64,000 nucleotides of DNA from Iphione sp. A-MEVVRFRX5 (GCA_976226885.1 OZ320315.1:67704001-67768000), one strand, 5' to 3'; shown: positions 26,001-40,674, numbered from the stretch's first letter. Translations and numbers: made by a program. Notes: generated from the letters alone by a model not told the origin.

Positions 26001-29000
26001 CGGGAGACATTGTCCAGTCGAGACTCGGATCTGAGGAGATGAAGGGAGACTTCAGAGGCGGCGGCGGGCAGGACCTGCGGCGGTTTATTACAAGGCCGAG
26101 CCCGTCAGTACCGTGTTGTCGGCCTGCTTCAGTGGGGCCTAATCAGTTCCTGTGCAGGGACCAATCCTGCCAGCACAGCGCCCTAACGAGAAGCCCGTGT
26201 AGTGGACGCTAATAGGCTTCCTGCCGTCCATACAGACTTAATTGGTCGCCGATATCGGCAGGCGCCCTAACAATCATCGCAGATTCCGTCCGGAGCTATG
26301 CTATAGATTGAAACACTGCCATCGTCGGAACGACAGATGAACTGTGAGGCCGACAGCAATTAGTATTTATTCAGTGCGTCTCCACCACCCACGTGCAGTC
26401 AGGAGAAGTCTGGGGCGTTTGCAATATGCATGCATCTACATTCTCACTAAACCTCACCGTCTCCTTTTCAATGTCTGTATATGCCAGTTCCCCTTTGAAT
26501 ATCAATGTACAGTATATTAGGAGAGTACTCTTGCTTTTTTATCATTGAAATTCTGATAGTACGTACGTACTTGCATATTGCAGGGAACCTCTTAGTAGGC
26601 AATATTTGTTGCATGAAGTCTAAAGAATTAAAACGCAAGAAAACCTATCCGTTTTCTAAGAAAATCCCATCAGAATGTCCTGGAGGTACAACCTCAGCAA
26701 ATAATCAAGACCGACGACACAACCCATCATGAATAATGCAGTGTTATGTGCTCAGGTTTCCAGGACCTGTTCCCTAAAACATAGGATTTCATGCAAATGG
26801 ACGTTGAAAACTATGCAAAGCAGATGCAGTCGTCAAGGGGAAAATCTCCTATGCAATCATTAAGCACGTCGGCACTTTCATACCAGAATGCCGAATTCCC
26901 AAGGGCAGGATCTATACCTATTATTGGATGGAAAAAGCGCGCTCCATGTTTTCGTTTCAATCTCATTTTGTTTGTTTTCCTTTAAAAAATCGAATCATTC
27001 ACTTCGAAAGATAAAAGGAACATATTCCTAGACAATCTTTACCTTGTTGACTCTAGCAACAGACATGCAGGTAAATACATGCACTTACTGTTTGTTTTAT
27101 ATAATCCTGAAGCGTCTTTTATAAAAGGACATTCTAATCAGAATTTATCTTTTCATTTACAGGGGGGCTTCAGTTACCCGATGGAATATTGTACAAAGGA
27201 AAACTGTGCTTACAATAGGACTTTCCCTATTTATACTAGAAGCCAGATGGGCCTCCAGTTTATCTGTATACGTAGGCCTTGGGGAATTCCGAATGTCGCC
27301 CCTATAGTACATACTCACTGACCCTCGAAAGCATGTGACCAGTTGTGAGAAAGGTGGGGGTCAGAGATCAAAGGTGATGAAAACCCCGCCGGAAGTCCCC
27401 GGATCAAGGAGGGGTAATGGGAGACTGCATGGATCACAGTGGGGCCCAACCTCCCTGGAGGCCTAAGCTTATTTAACGCTTGGGGACCAGCGGCATTCGG
27501 GCTTGGCTTAAAGGTAAAAGGGGACGAAAATGAAAGCCGTCCCCTCACTATGACAGAGATGATAAGAGTAGAAAATAGCCCCAATAGTTGTACCATGCAT
27601 GAACAATGGACGTTAATCAATAAAACCATCGTATAGTGTGAAGCATGATAATTTTTAGTCATCCTTTTCGCAATCTAATATCAATATGGTACTGATTTCC
27701 TTACAGGACTATCAGAGAATCGTTATCCCCGACGTCTAACCGCCTCGACCGCTACATTGAGCTAATCTACAACGGGGCATATCGACCTCTTGAGAAGTGT
27801 TTTAATTGAGGCGTTCTAAAATGGATTAAGAAGCTCTAGTTACAGGATCAATATCAAACTGGAGATTGTCATTTTAAAAAGCCACAGATCGAGAAACACG
27901 ATTCGTGCTCGTGTAAAACACGCACGGGCTACTAGTCTCCCTGTTGGTGACTGTATAAATGGAGAACGAGTAAATTCAGGGCTAAGAACAATGGCTCTGC
28001 CACCCATTCGATTTAGTAACGGCCAAGGCTCGATGCAAACCGCTCGGGAAAGATGTGTGGCTGCCATAGGTCAGTCGTGGTGATCGATTTAAGACGGGAG
28101 GAGAGAAAATACCGCAAGCGCTTTTATCCGGCACCCTGCGCGATAAGGTTAGCCGACAATGGCAGCCGTTGCCGTGGTCTTCCTCTCAGCAGGCAAGCTC
28201 ATATGTGAATCTGTTTCTTTTATTACATTTACAAATGAAAACCGGAATATTTGGATGAAGCATCTTCAATGAAAAAATATGAAAATAAAACAAAAACAAT
28301 CATAAATGCAGCTTTAGATACAGAGAGGAACTTTCCTTCAGTTTGAACTAATCTCCCAGAAATTCCAATCGACCGATAATTATCAATATGCGAACAGGTG
28401 ACTGCACCAGTGGTGTCCATGGAGAATGTGGAGGAATTTCACGCCTTGTAAGATACGGATAAAGCATGGACCTGAGGGACTTGCGTATTGAAGGCATCGT
28501 CTTGCGATTCAAATCACTATGAAAGTGACACTATGAGAGGCTCATTAGATTTCAGAGAAATTGATTGGCACGTGGTTTTCTCGGGGGCTACTGCTTCTGT
28601 ATGCATTCGTAGGCCTGGGGACAAAGACGTCATCATTATACCCACGGGGATAAGAAGGCCCCTCATGCGGCTCACAAGGCCATCCTGCAATGATAGAGAT
28701 GCGGGACACAGCAGATCCCATCTAATGATGTAAGTGAGTCCTCCTACAAAATATATGACATACGAGAAACCAATGGTAAAAAACCGCAGGTGCCGCATAT
28801 AGATTACTGAGCAAGGCCATCGAGATTTCCTCTGCTCAAGAGACTAGGTGGCCTTTCATATATGGCGGCGATGCTATGGCTTTCCTCTATACGCCAGAGG
28901 ACATATAAATAATGACAGCAGTAATTGGATGATAACATTGTTGAGACTAAGGGGCCACAAATTAACATCGTTACGGATATGGATTGTACTCCATAAAAGG

Positions 29001-32000
29001 TAGCCACATATTATTCTTATCCATAACACAAGACCTCGTTCAAGAGCACGAAGCAACATGGAATATGATGTGGTTAAAGTAAATGATTTGAGGAAATATT
29101 GGAAAGGCGGTGCTGTCAAAGTCACTAATTTGAGCGGATATTGAAAAGTTAGAAGGATTAAAGTCTGGTAACAAATTTCGTGAAGCTCTAGATTAAAATT
29201 TGCCCAGACTTCTCCGGTTTTCACTTTACATCTCTACGGCATACGATGAACCTCCGTAAGTTAGGCTCGTTTTTAATTTAAAAATACTCGGATTATTATG
29301 TCGAATGTGGAGATTTAATCGGACAGGAAATGAACAATACGGTCAGATTAGTTTTTCCTGTATGTGTCATGTTTGGTACTAAACACGATACTTTTTGCTG
29401 CGTTATTATAGGTTTCAGGGATCTACAATGACAGGCAAGGCTATTAAAATAACAGGTAAACAGCTATGCGCTTGTTAATGACTGTTCATTTGACAACCGC
29501 CAGGGTGCGTATGACACATAGGACGATGTTGAACAGAGCAAGGATTTCAAAGTCCACTACTGTAGTTTGCTGAAACGTGTAACATGATTTACAAAGCGAA
29601 TGTAGTATGCAATATTTTTATACATATGTGGCTATAATCAGTTAGGCAGACCGTCGTTTTGCGTCCGACTGGTCCTGCGTTGAGTGAAAGACACGGAGTA
29701 TTTTCTATGATGGGTAGGCAGGGATTATTTTCTGCTGGTGGGTTGGCCTAAAGGCGGTGGCAATCAGGACATAACACAGTATGCCTCCTAGACACCGTCT
29801 CTAGCGGGCAAGGCCTCATCAGCACAGCGGGCACAACGGCCGCAAAAAGCCCGTGGAAGCGTTCACTTACTCTCCTGCCCCTTCCTTTGGCTTAGACATG
29901 CAGGCAGCGTCGTGGAAAGGAGGCTGCCACGCTAGAGAATATGTAATCAATGTTTGGGATGTCTTGGGCGTGGCTAGGTGGATTACCTCTGGTCAGTGGC
30001 GCAGAGAGGTGACCATCAATCAAACCCTTACAATAACAGTGGTGTTAACAAAGCGTGACCTATTGCCCCGTTGAGCATTCAAGATGAAAACCATGTACTC
30101 AGACGCAGAAATACATTCTGAATATTGCAGAAACAAACTTTCCTCGCGACGTCGCGAAGCCTTCTTAGAACTTGCGCTAAGGAATTACATGAAGAGATGC
30201 CGTGAAGTCTTATTCTCCTTTATATATTGACCCATTCCTGGAGTACCAGAAGTAAAATCCAATAACAGAGATTCGGGCAGTACAGTAGGTTTAGCTTGGT
30301 CCCAGAGGTACAGACGAGTGCTCGGCGACGACGGGCTGCTGCCTACCCCGAAGCCTATTGGCGAGCCGTAGGTCAGAGACGAGAGCGTCTTATCTACCTG
30401 GTCACGAGCGAGGCAAGAGCCAGAATGTAAATGTGTCTTGTCTCTAGTGTAAAGCTAATGGCATGTTGAGGGGCACTGCTGGAGCTCCCGTTAAAAGAAC
30501 TCCTCATGCCTCTCTGATGGAGCACTGAGCTCCTCTGTAGAGTGTTAGTGGGGCACGCTCCTGATTGGTCAATCGGAAACCACATGGCTTCTTAGAGTCT
30601 GACTTACCGCCCGTCTATAGGGGTGAGTAATTCTATTGAAGACATAATCAATTGTTCCAATTCCCTCCCTGGCGTTTTTTAACCCGTGGCTATTCTTCGA
30701 ATTCTAAACCAGTTTAAATGGAACGGGGCCTGAGCGACAATCCAGCCGCCTGAACGTAAAAAGGCCTGTTCTGTCATGAAAGCAAACTTTAGTACAAAAC
30801 TCCTGTCATATTGACTATAATCATATGAGGCGTGTACGACAGCTTCCATTAGGCAGGAGGAAGCATATTCTGTAGTTCTGAGCGTCTCTGTCTATAAACC
30901 TCAAACATTAGCCAAATGAAATGTTTCTCTTATCGTTCAGGCGTGAAATCCTTAAAGGTCTTATTGGGCTCGTATCTGAAGCCAGGCAATTTCTCCGTAC
31001 CTTTCATGATTTTTGCTCACCCAGGTTACCTGACCGCCGCGCCTTTGCGCTTAAGATGAAATAAAAATATAGTACCATGGAACAGCAAATGGAGACTCGC
31101 AGATCGCCCCTGTCAGATCTCGTGTCTGATGATTCGAGCGTGAAATTATTCAATCGCTGCACCGGTCTGATCACACGAATGGTCCTAACCCGGTGCAACC
31201 CCAAGCTCTGTGAGTTCACCTTTTCCTTTGCCATTCCTCCAGCGGACGTGCACATATACGTCCGTCATCCTTTTTAAGGACTTGCGTTCGCCTTTTTATT
31301 CCATGCAATCACGCGATCTTCATAGCATATCCAATTTTCTCTATAATACACATAATGTGCATCTACATAATCACATATACATGTTGGCGAAGGCGGTCCA
31401 ATCTATAGACTTTAGAGCTTCGGAGTTCCACAGAGTCAGCAGTTGAGCGTTGACCGAGATATGTTGGATCTCAGTGCAACTTAAAGATCCCTCTATCTTG
31501 AAGGTCTGAAGGCCCGTTGACTTCAAACAATGTCAACAGCGTTATCAACCCCCTTCCTATCGACGAACCAACAGTTAGCCACAATCCTCGCACTGCCTCC
31601 CCCCCAAACCTCCCTTACCTCCAACGCCACAGCGGAACTACCGCTCAGCAAGAAATGCCATCAAATTAAGAAGCGATTATCTGCACGCCTGTCGGAAAGC
31701 CCCAGTTTTGTAACCCTTTCGGCTTTCTTTTGACACCAGGCGATGGCTCCGCCGCGTCACATCCATTAGGCCGAGCTGTGTGGTTCGTGGGCCCTGTGCA
31801 GCTGTTCCGCTTTCCCTAGACGCGTTTACTCATCTATTCTACATCTTTATGCTGCGCTTCTTTTATGGAGCTCGGCTAATGCTAAATATTCCGACTTGGC
31901 CCTCATGATGGATTGCTGGATGAAGACAAAAGCCGCACGCAGCGCTTACGTTTGTGGAGATGGGCCCACCCGCCTCTCCTTTTTTTACCCCTCCTCCCTC

Positions 32001-35000
32001 CCACTCAAGAGCTAGAAGAGGGAACAAAGGTGCTATATATCACAGTAGTGGAAGTCACATGACAGAATCTGGTCGATGAAGACTGCATTTGATACAATAC
32101 AGAGACGTGATTTCCCGCCCACCCTGTTGTAATCTTTATTATCCTCCGCTATTGGCGGCTCCTCATCAAACATGATGGTTGTACCTTCCATCATATCAGC
32201 GGGGTTTGTCTTACCAGTTCCTGGGGACTGCTCCCGAGAAGGCCTGTGGTCCCACTCGATTTAATCTGGCCGTATTTTCGCACGGCCGGTAACGAATGAA
32301 TCGGTAACAGTGATAGATCGAAGACAAAACAAATGGTAATGAGGTGCTCTCCGGTACCACCGTACGATTCGTTAAGAAGCAGCTCCCGTTCAGTGAGGAC
32401 GGCCGCCGACCAGGTCACCAGCACGGTAGGTCGGCCGTCGGAAGAGCAGGGTGAGCGGATGGTCTGAGTGATGTGCTACGTGCACCCCTGACCCTCGACC
32501 TTTTGCTCGTGATAATAGTAAGCCCCAGGGACACACTTGGTCTGTCCGGGGCCGCCTCTAAATCACGGCTAGCTGACAAGCGGAGCCCGCCATAGCTCCT
32601 CGCCTAGAATCCGTCGTTGTAACGGACACAAGTTAGCCCACAGTCGAACCAGAAAGTCGGATCCTGCGCCTCTTATTCCTCTGCATTTTCAGGGCGCGGC
32701 ATCCATGGCGATATGTCTCAGACTTTGGGATGCAGACATCCCTACCACCACTCACCAAAATCAAAGCATCTTCCTTTCGCAACATTTATTGTTCATATGC
32801 CTGAGGACACCAGTCCAGCCCCGCTACCTTGCCTCGGGGAGAGGCCCTCCGCACCGATTGTTGGTGGTAGAGCTCTCTGATGTGCAAATGCCGGACTTCC
32901 TGCGGCTGTTCTTGGAGGAGCATGAGTTCGCTTTGAAGCCAGGGAATTGTCCACGGCTATTGGAAGCCGAGTACGCAGCAAAGCTGGCGCCGAATATATA
33001 CCGAGGCTGCTGTCAATACACACGCACAACCCCGTGATAAAGAACTGCCGCGGAAATGCCCTACGGTATGGATAACGAAGCCTCACATTAAAGACGAATC
33101 CGAGATAGAGAGAGGGACTGCTAGTTTAATTAGAGTAAAAACATCAATATGTCACTATGTTCTGTGTCTGGACTCAACGTAAGGCCATTGTACAAAACTC
33201 CTTTAATCATGGAAAAGCAATAGCTTAGTCACGAACTTCCTTGATGATAGATACATACACGTGCTAGAGGAAGGAAAGCCAGCCTGCTGGCAGAAAATGT
33301 GTATATAATTAAGTTTATGTTTCAGCATCTTTAAATGTAATTGGAGACGTGAATAAAATGTTTATTCTATATTATGTTGGCCTGGTTAAAAATCGGCAAA
33401 GCGGCAGGAAAGCGGCCCTTTATACTACGCACACATTCGCTTGCACGTCAGAGAATTGGACGTGGATTAAGCATTTAAGGGTTGGTAGATGTGCCCTTAC
33501 CAAGCAAGATAATGACCGTTTCAGCGGCCATAGTGGAATAAAGGTCGACTATCGGTGACGGGCTCCGCCCGGCTCCTCGACCATGGCCAATCTTGGCGCG
33601 GCGGACATTGGGTCAAGGGTTGAACCTTGCGCCCGTGAACCTTTGCTCGTGCGTTCCCCTAATGACAGAAGTAATGGCTGGTGTTCTCGATAAATGGCAA
33701 TAATATATCATGGTTTCGGGCGGCCGGTCGCTTTGTTTTAAGCTGCGCTCGTTACACCACAGCACGTGAGATCGATACGGCTGCGACGAAAAGGGAAAAA
33801 TGCTCACAAGCACCCCACGTCTTGCATGATGCTATGTCTTTGCTTCCTTTTTTTAGTTTGTAGGGGAGGGAGGACAGCTCAGATGATAAAACACGGCTTG
33901 CCCGTCCCACAGAGGGAGGATACATTCACTGTGTTTTTGCAAAGCCGCATTAACTTGCCACTGTCATATTGATTACGACGCCTTTAATGGGGAATATTAT
34001 TCCGTTGCTTTGTGCGGTGTACCTGCATATGTATGAGCAAATAAAACATGTTAATCAATATCGAATATGATGCAAATACGATGAAACGGTGGTATTCATT
34101 TTCAATGGGGAAGAAGACAAAATTATGCATGAAATTGGGGAGCATGACGGGATCTGAAGACGCAGAATCTAATACAGAGAAGTGGGTGCAAAGATGACAC
34201 TGCTGATGAGATGGAAGTTTTGAAGCAGACAGCTAAATTAAATTTTTGCAACTTTAATTTTGTATTTCCAAGGCTTATGCAAAAAGAGGTATGGATATCT
34301 TGTCATCGAATCGTCATAGTTCTTCAGGCGTAAGCAACATAAAAACATAAATCCGTGGAAAATTCCTTCCTAGCCGACTTGTGCCAGCGAAGGTTTCACT
34401 CTCATGAAGAATGGAGCCGAAGGACAGGAGGCGATGAATGTAATCGTATCTCATTGAAAATAGACGCACGGATACAACACCGGTGTGCCTTTTGAATTCA
34501 TGTCAATGGCAGTAACAATGAGCCTCTCTGTTGATTTAACACATTTCAGGCCGCCAGACGTGGTGAGGCGATTTCACTGAGGCATGATGACCTGAATAGG
34601 CAAAAGTGAAGTCACATGCATGATTCTCGGAGCTAGAGCCTCGAGTTAAAGTGACATCAACCTCAGTGGGCGTGGAACCCTGCATGACCGTGACAACTAC
34701 AGCTGACTTAACGGGAAAGGAATGCAGACTAATATATTCAACGTTTCTACAAAGCCTCAGCCTTTGTAGAGAGACTAATGCTAGGGTGGACTTGCTAATC
34801 AAGGCCCACGGCCGTTGGGGTGATAAATGTGTCTTTTCCCAATATTATTCATGCAGTGGTGCCGAAAGCGTTTAAAATTAAAGAGCAGTGAACCCTAGCT
34901 ACTGTTAGAGAACATGCTATTAATAGCACCTCACCCTTTTTGAGGCGTAAAAAGAGGAGTTTCCTTAAGATGACATTATAAGCTGTAAAATACTCCCTCC

Positions 35001-37630
35001 CCAGTTGCCACTTTCCCTGAGGCGCGTTCAGGCAGAAACAAAAGTGATCTACATGACAAATTAGCCCGGCAAACAGTTGTGGTGGTGCTCTGTGGGTGCT
35101 GACTGGGCTGATTGTTATCGCCAAGATGAATGACCGATCGCCTTCGTAAATACTGGCTGGTTACACGGAATGATACGCGGGGCATTTATTGTTCAGCAGG
35201 CGGTACAGTTCACATCGGCCTCGCCATCAGGTTTTAATGAAAAAATAACAACGATTCGCGGCTGTATTGCCAGTCCTGTCCTTCACGGGCACCAACAGCC
35301 GCCACAGGATCGCCACAGAAAGCGTGCTTTTTTCAAGGCCCACAACTACTCTAAAAGCGGTCAGCAACAGCAATGCGTCATGCTGGTGGAATTTACTAGA
35401 CTGACAAGAGATAGAAAGTGCAAATTTAATGATCTGTAAAAGTCATAAAGATTATTTAAAAGGTGTATCAGTTTCCAGTGATTTGGTTTAGAACTGCGAC
35501 TTAATATACTCAACAGAAAAGCAGGTCTGAAAGCTTGTGGCGAGCACACGGTGAGGAAGTGGTGGGGATCGATACAAACACGATGCAGAGAACCGGATAA
35601 ATAGAGAAGTTTGCTCGTCACGGAGGTTCACGAGCTTTCCTTGAAACATCCTCTTTCCACTTTGATTCCACTCGAGCGGTGCTAGTCCCATTATACAGCC
35701 TCATTCGCGGGCCAGTCACTACTGCTGGCCAGAGCAGAACTACATTTGAAGCCGAGACTTTTAATCATGCCGACATTGATCAGGTTCCAACGCCTTTGAA
35801 GGCGATCTCATTGACCTCCGAAGTCTTCCGACTGACGGTCAACATGTTTATACAGTAAGCTAATTAGATGTGACCTCGACGAATCGCCAACTACTCGGCG
35901 GCCATCAATTATTTGTAACTGTGGGAATCCACTTTGCAGGCCTGCGCTTGTCAAGGTGACCTTATTTACCCTGCAGACCTTGCTGACCCCCACATTGCTA
36001 CCGATCGTGGTCACAAAGGGATCCCCAAGACGCCGCTCTCTGGGCGGCGAGGGGAGAGACGTCTATCATTGATATAGTGAACGATAAAACAAGAGAGGAT
36101 GGCCCAGCCCGTGTGAGAGGAGACAGGCGGCGCGAGCTCTCACCTCTACATTTCGCATGTTCATCGCCTGGAGGCGGAGGACCGCCTGGAGAATACCACC
36201 AATACTGAGTATATATCGATCTTCTGGCGGCCTTCCGGCCATTCTGCACTGCAGTATAAGCGGTCTACAGTGCCATCAACCCGCGTAGTTCTTATGCCTC
36301 GGGGTTACATGGAGTGTACTGTTCTACAGGCCGGCTTAATTAGGTTCATTTATTTGCCTGGCGCCAAATTCGCTGGGTAGCCGTTGTTCAATTAACCCTG
36401 CCGCTAGCCGATCATTAAATTTCCTAACCTTGCAACAGGTGTGTCATTTCCTAATGCCGGCCCGTAGTGATGAGCGGGCTTTTTCAAGTGGGTCGTTGGA
36501 CCAGCGCAAGAGGCGGGCAATAACTTTGACACGAATATTCCTCGCCCGTACATTGACTGAAGGCCGCCTTTTCCCCTATGCATTTACTCAACCCCTAGCA
36601 GCGCGCGGGGAAATAATTTTTAGCAGCGCTGACCGTTGTGCTAAATTGGAGGACTGCCTCTTTGGGAAATTCATCAGCGAAACACATTCTTTATTTTCTC
36701 GTTACCAATAAATCAATCGTTGCCCGCTTCTCCCTGACAGCCCTGAATGAACCAAGCATCTACACTGTTCTATATGACAGTTTCCAATTTTTGAGGCGCT
36801 CTGTCTAGAGAAGTCCTGTTTCAATAACCGGTGCTGACACATAAACCCCAGGTCAAGACAAACACTTGGGTGTCAGAAAATCGATACCAGTGGCAGGGAC
36901 ATTTCTCATATTACCTGACAGTGATATGTGATGAAACAGCCCCACCAAGAGTCCCCAAAGGCATATGCCATGGACTGTAAAGAACACTTTTCTCAATTCC
37001 ATCTTTTTCAATACCAAGCTGTAGGGGTGTTCCTTTCTCCATCGCACGTTGGTAAAGAACCGGCGCTAGAATTGATAGCTGTCGGCCATGTGAGTCTCGC
37101 TAAGAGCTCTGAAAGGCCAGTACCCATCCATGCTCTCACTGCACATCTTCACCTGTCTTTCCCGCGGGCTTGTGCAGGTCCTGGCTAGTGTTGCCATGAG
37201 TGGCAATTGTCCTTTTGGCACTGTGTTCTTACCAATTCCCGTTGTCATCGCGGGGTTCGTTCTAATAGGAGAGTGGACCGATATGCATGCGCGCTGGCCT
37301 AGTGACGTCTTCATCGGTAGACTGCCCGTATGGTGATCGATGGAACTCACTTAGAAACCCCGGGGTATTTCACAGAAGCATACGTGACCGTATAAGTGCA
37401 GATGGCCCGTTCACTTTCTACCGCAACAGGAAGCACCGACCTCGGGGACCTGCACACCGCAGCGCAGGCTGATCCCCCTATAAAACACGCGGCCAGGTCG
37501 GCGCGGCCTTTCACGGCCAGATTGCCTCCAGGGCGCCGTTAGGGCGGCGCTCTCGTCAGGCTCTGGACAGTCTCACGACCGCTGGAATACAGAGAGCAGC
37601 AGCCCCACGACATCCAGCCACGCCTCTGTA

Positions 37631-37650
37631 TGAATGAATGAATGAATGAA
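37631..37650 (-). repeat. (TTCA)n 3' tail of the LINE
   Basis: Plus strand tgaatgaatgaatgaatgaa, just beyond AATAAA on the minus strand. Confidence 0.9.
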
Positions 37651-37884
37651 AATATGATTTATTCACTGCTCAATGCAATTCTGCGAAATACATCGAGATA
37701 TTCCCGTGAATAGTTGAATATAAGAAATAGTAAGAAAAGAAGAAATTGAGTAACAATAAATTAAATAATAAGTAGAGACATCATTTTGCGGATACCATAC
37801 ACTAGTTTGGCGACTTTGTATAGACACTGGAGACGAGACATAAGTATATACAATTATTTACATAGAACAGGGTAGTTGATGCAA

Positions 37885-40674
37885 TCAGTGTAATTGTGGA
37901 TGATGTTGTTTATACACAATTCTTCTGAATTCATGAACTGATAATTTTGATTTGCATGGATAGGGGACCATATTCCAAGCAGTAATGCCCTTATACCAAA
38001 ACGATTTTTGATACAAGCTCTTCTTTGGATGTTTTAATTGCATATTTCCAAGACTGCTTCTCCTCAGATGTTTTGAGTGTTGGCGAATTTTGCATTCAGT
38101 GATACATTGCAACCTGTGAATCAACATAAGCAGCTGCTTGTCACCTCTCTCACTAACTGTTTCAAGCCGTGCCTTCCTACGCAGTGTATTAGCAGACATC
38201 ATCGTTTTCGTACTGCCTAGGAGGACTAATTTGCTCGCACGGTTCATTTCGACCTGTAGATCATCAACCAGACATTTATTAACATTCACAATAAACGGTA
38301 GTCCATAGTCAAGACAGGGTAGTACGAACGCGTGGTATAACCTGAGTCTATCTTTGAAGGGAATGAATTTTACCATTTTGGATAGACCTATTGATCTTTG
38401 CCTGATTTGTAGCCTGGTCCTTTCCACCATTGGCCTCCAAGATAATTTGTCATCTACAATATACCCTAGTAGCTTGCAATTCTTCACTCTAGATATCGGT
38501 TTGTTGTCAATGGTCAGGTCCAGGGGAAATTGATTAGTTTTTCCAAACGTTAGGTAAAGGGTTTTTTCAGTGTTCAGTGATAGACCATTTGCCTGAGACC
38601 AGGTCTGTACATCCTTGATAGTACGTTGAAGCTTGAGCCTCAGCGTTAGTGCATTTGCCGCTACACAGGTAACCGTAAGGTCGTCAGCATATAGCACTGC
38701 GCTAGCAATAGACAGAGCTTTTGGTAGAGAATTAATAACAATTGAGAACATCAGGGGGCCCATTAGGCTCCCCTGAGGAACACCTTGGTTAACATTCAGG
38801 GGACTTGAGTTGATTTGGTTACAGCGAACGAATTGGCTCCTTCCCTCTAGGTAAGAGGACGCCCAGCATAGTGCTTTCGAGCCCATACCTGATTGTTTGA
38901 GGCAGTTTAAGATAAGCTTATGGTTGATGACATCGAAAGCTTTAGAATAATCGAATAGTATACTGGCAACATATCTGTCTTCGTCGATCGCTGAATAGAT
39001 GTCTCTCAGATACACTCCAATTGCTGTACCAGTTCCTCTGTGGCGCCGGAATCCATGTTGCTCACGACAGTAGAATCTACTGATTTCTAGGAAGTCAACC
39101 ATCTGCTCGTGAACGATAGCTTCAACTAGCTTCCCTACTAAAGGCAATATTGCAATTGGTCGATAATTTTCCTTTTTTTCCCTTGATCCCTTCTTGTGTA
39201 GAGGAGTAATACGTGCAACCTTCCATTGTTGTGGGTAGTTACCTGTTAGGATTATTTCATTGACAATGGCTAGAAATAATTCTGAGGATATTAATAGGGC
39301 ATCCTTGAGTACCGTTGTTGGCACACCGTCAATACCACTTGGTTTTTTGCATTTAACCTGGAGTATCTTTTTTACGAGAGACTGATGGGTGACCGGCTTG
39401 AGGTCCCATTCTGGTTCACCTTCAAGGTACGGGAGATCGATATCATGACAAAGATTCTCTGCCTGAGAGACAAACATAGCATTGAAGATGTCTGGAATGT
39501 CTTTCTCTGATTGTCTAACATCGTTATCGACTAGATTAATGCTACTTGCACCCTTACCTTTATTTAGTACATGTGAGTTAATACAGGACCAATAGTCCTT
39601 CGCTGTCATGCAATTTCCTAAGATTTTTTTGTAGAAATCACGTTTTGCCTGCTTGGTTAGTTTTTTGGCTTTTGACTTAAAAAATTTTGAGATTCTAAGG
39701 TCATCAAGGCTTTGGGTTGAGGTGAATTTTTTCAGGAAATAATCACGATTGCGAATCGCATCAAGGAGTTCCGGTGTCATCCAATTAGTTCCAGATTTTC
39801 TAGTTTTAGCTTTCTGTGGACAAAGGACCTTAACCGCTCCAACAATGGCACTCTGGAGAGTATCCCATCTGTCTCCTAATGGTAGGTTTCTATTAGATTC
39901 TAGAGAATCAATTACAGGTTGGAGATGGTCTCGTAAAGCACTCTTGTCATATTTGCTCCAGTCTCTACCTATGTATGAATACTTCTTCATCCTTTCCCTG
40001 ATTTTCTTATTTAGAATAAAAACAGGCTTGTGATCACTTACATTGACATTAATAGTCCCAAACTCAGTGATGTTCTGCATGTTAGTGAAAACGAGATCGA
40101 GTATTGATTTGCTCGATTCATGAATTATTGTGGGCTCATCGATGTATTGTTTCAGACCAAATTTTGAAAAGATTTTTTCAAGACTGAAGGAGTTTGGATT
40201 TTTCTTTGCCCAGTCAACGTTCATATCACCCCCTACAATGATATCCTTACCACCCTTGCGTTTCAATGCTGTAATATTAGTTTCAAGGAATTTTATTAGA
40301 TCACTCTTAGAGCCAGATGGCGGTGCATAGACGACGGTGACACCTAGAGGTTTACGGTGTTGAGAATAGATTAGCAGGCTGATTGATTCACAGCTATCCG
40401 AGTTACACGACAAGTCTGTAAGTTCAGTGATAGAATCAGTATTCCTGACATATACAAGTACACCACCACCTCGTTTTTTTACAGAAGATACCCTATCTTG
40501 ACGAAATAATTTATAATTTTCGTGATTGAGTAGATTATTTGATATAATTGGTGATAACCACGTTTCAGTGATACAGCAAATATAGGGTTCGACATTGTCT
40601 AGTAGAGACCGCACATCATCAATTTTGGGTGTAATACTCCTGATATTCCAAAATACAATACCACGACCCTTCAT
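37885..40674 (-). CDS. LINE ORF2: apurinic-like endonuclease + reverse transcriptase (929 aa from the first ATG; frame open from 40716)
   Basis: APE motifs WNIRS, ITETWL, GGGV, VYAPP, GDMN, ILDL, SDHKP. RT motifs YRPIAIL, QHGFR, DYSKAFD, GVPQGSLMGP, YADD, LGY. No stops or frameshifts. Confidence 0.97.
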   Translation of the reverse strand: MKGRGIVFWNIRSITPKIDDVRSLLDNVEPYICCITETWLSPIISNNLLNHENYKLFRQDRVSSVKKRGGGVLVYVRNTDSITELTDLSCNSDSCESISLLIYSQHRKPLGVTVVYAPPSGSKSDLIKFLETNITALKRKGGKDIIVGGDMNVDWAKKNPNSFSLEKIFSKFGLKQYIDEPTIIHESSKSILDLVFTNMQNITEFGTINVNVSDHKPVFILNKKIRERMKKYSYIGRDWSKYDKSALRDHLQPVIDSLESNRNLPLGDRWDTLQSAIVGAVKVLCPQKAKTRKSGTNWMTPELLDAIRNRDYFLKKFTSTQSLDDLRISKFFKSKAKKLTKQAKRDFYKKILGNCMTAKDYWSCINSHVLNKGKGASSINLVDNDVRQSEKDIPDIFNAMFVSQAENLCHDIDLPYLEGEPEWDLKPVTHQSLVKKILQVKCKKPSGIDGVPTTVLKDALLISSELFLAIVNEIILTGNYPQQWKVARITPLHKKGSREKKENYRPIAILPLVGKLVEAIVHEQMVDFLEISRFYCREQHGFRRHRGTGTAIGVYLRDIYSAIDEDRYVASILFDYSKAFDVINHKLILNCLKQSGMGSKALCWASSYLEGRSQFVRCNQINSSPLNVNQGVPQGSLMGPLMFSIVINSLPKALSIASAVLYADDLTVTCVAANALTLRLKLQRTIKDVQTWSQANGLSLNTEKTLYLTFGKTNQFPLDLTIDNKPISRVKNCKLLGYIVDDKLSWRPMVERTRLQIRQRSIGLSKMVKFIPFKDRLRLYHAFVLPCLDYGLPFIVNVNKCLVDDLQVEMNRASKLVLLGSTKTMMSANTLRRKARLETVSERGDKQLLMLIHRLQCITECKIRQHSKHLRRSSLGNMQLKHPKKSLYQKSFWYKGITAWNMVPYPCKSKLSVHEFRRIVYKQHHPQLH

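Noticed and set aside
32705-33037. 110-aa ORF with a protein-like stretch (MPDFLRLFLEEHEFALKPG..)
   Set aside because: No recognisable family or convincing flanking splice sites; cannot be supported without transcript data.
37130-37336. FLPIPVVIA resembling the Kv-channel S6 (LPVPVIV) motif
   Set aside because: No GYG pore signature or other channel segments nearby; treated as chance.
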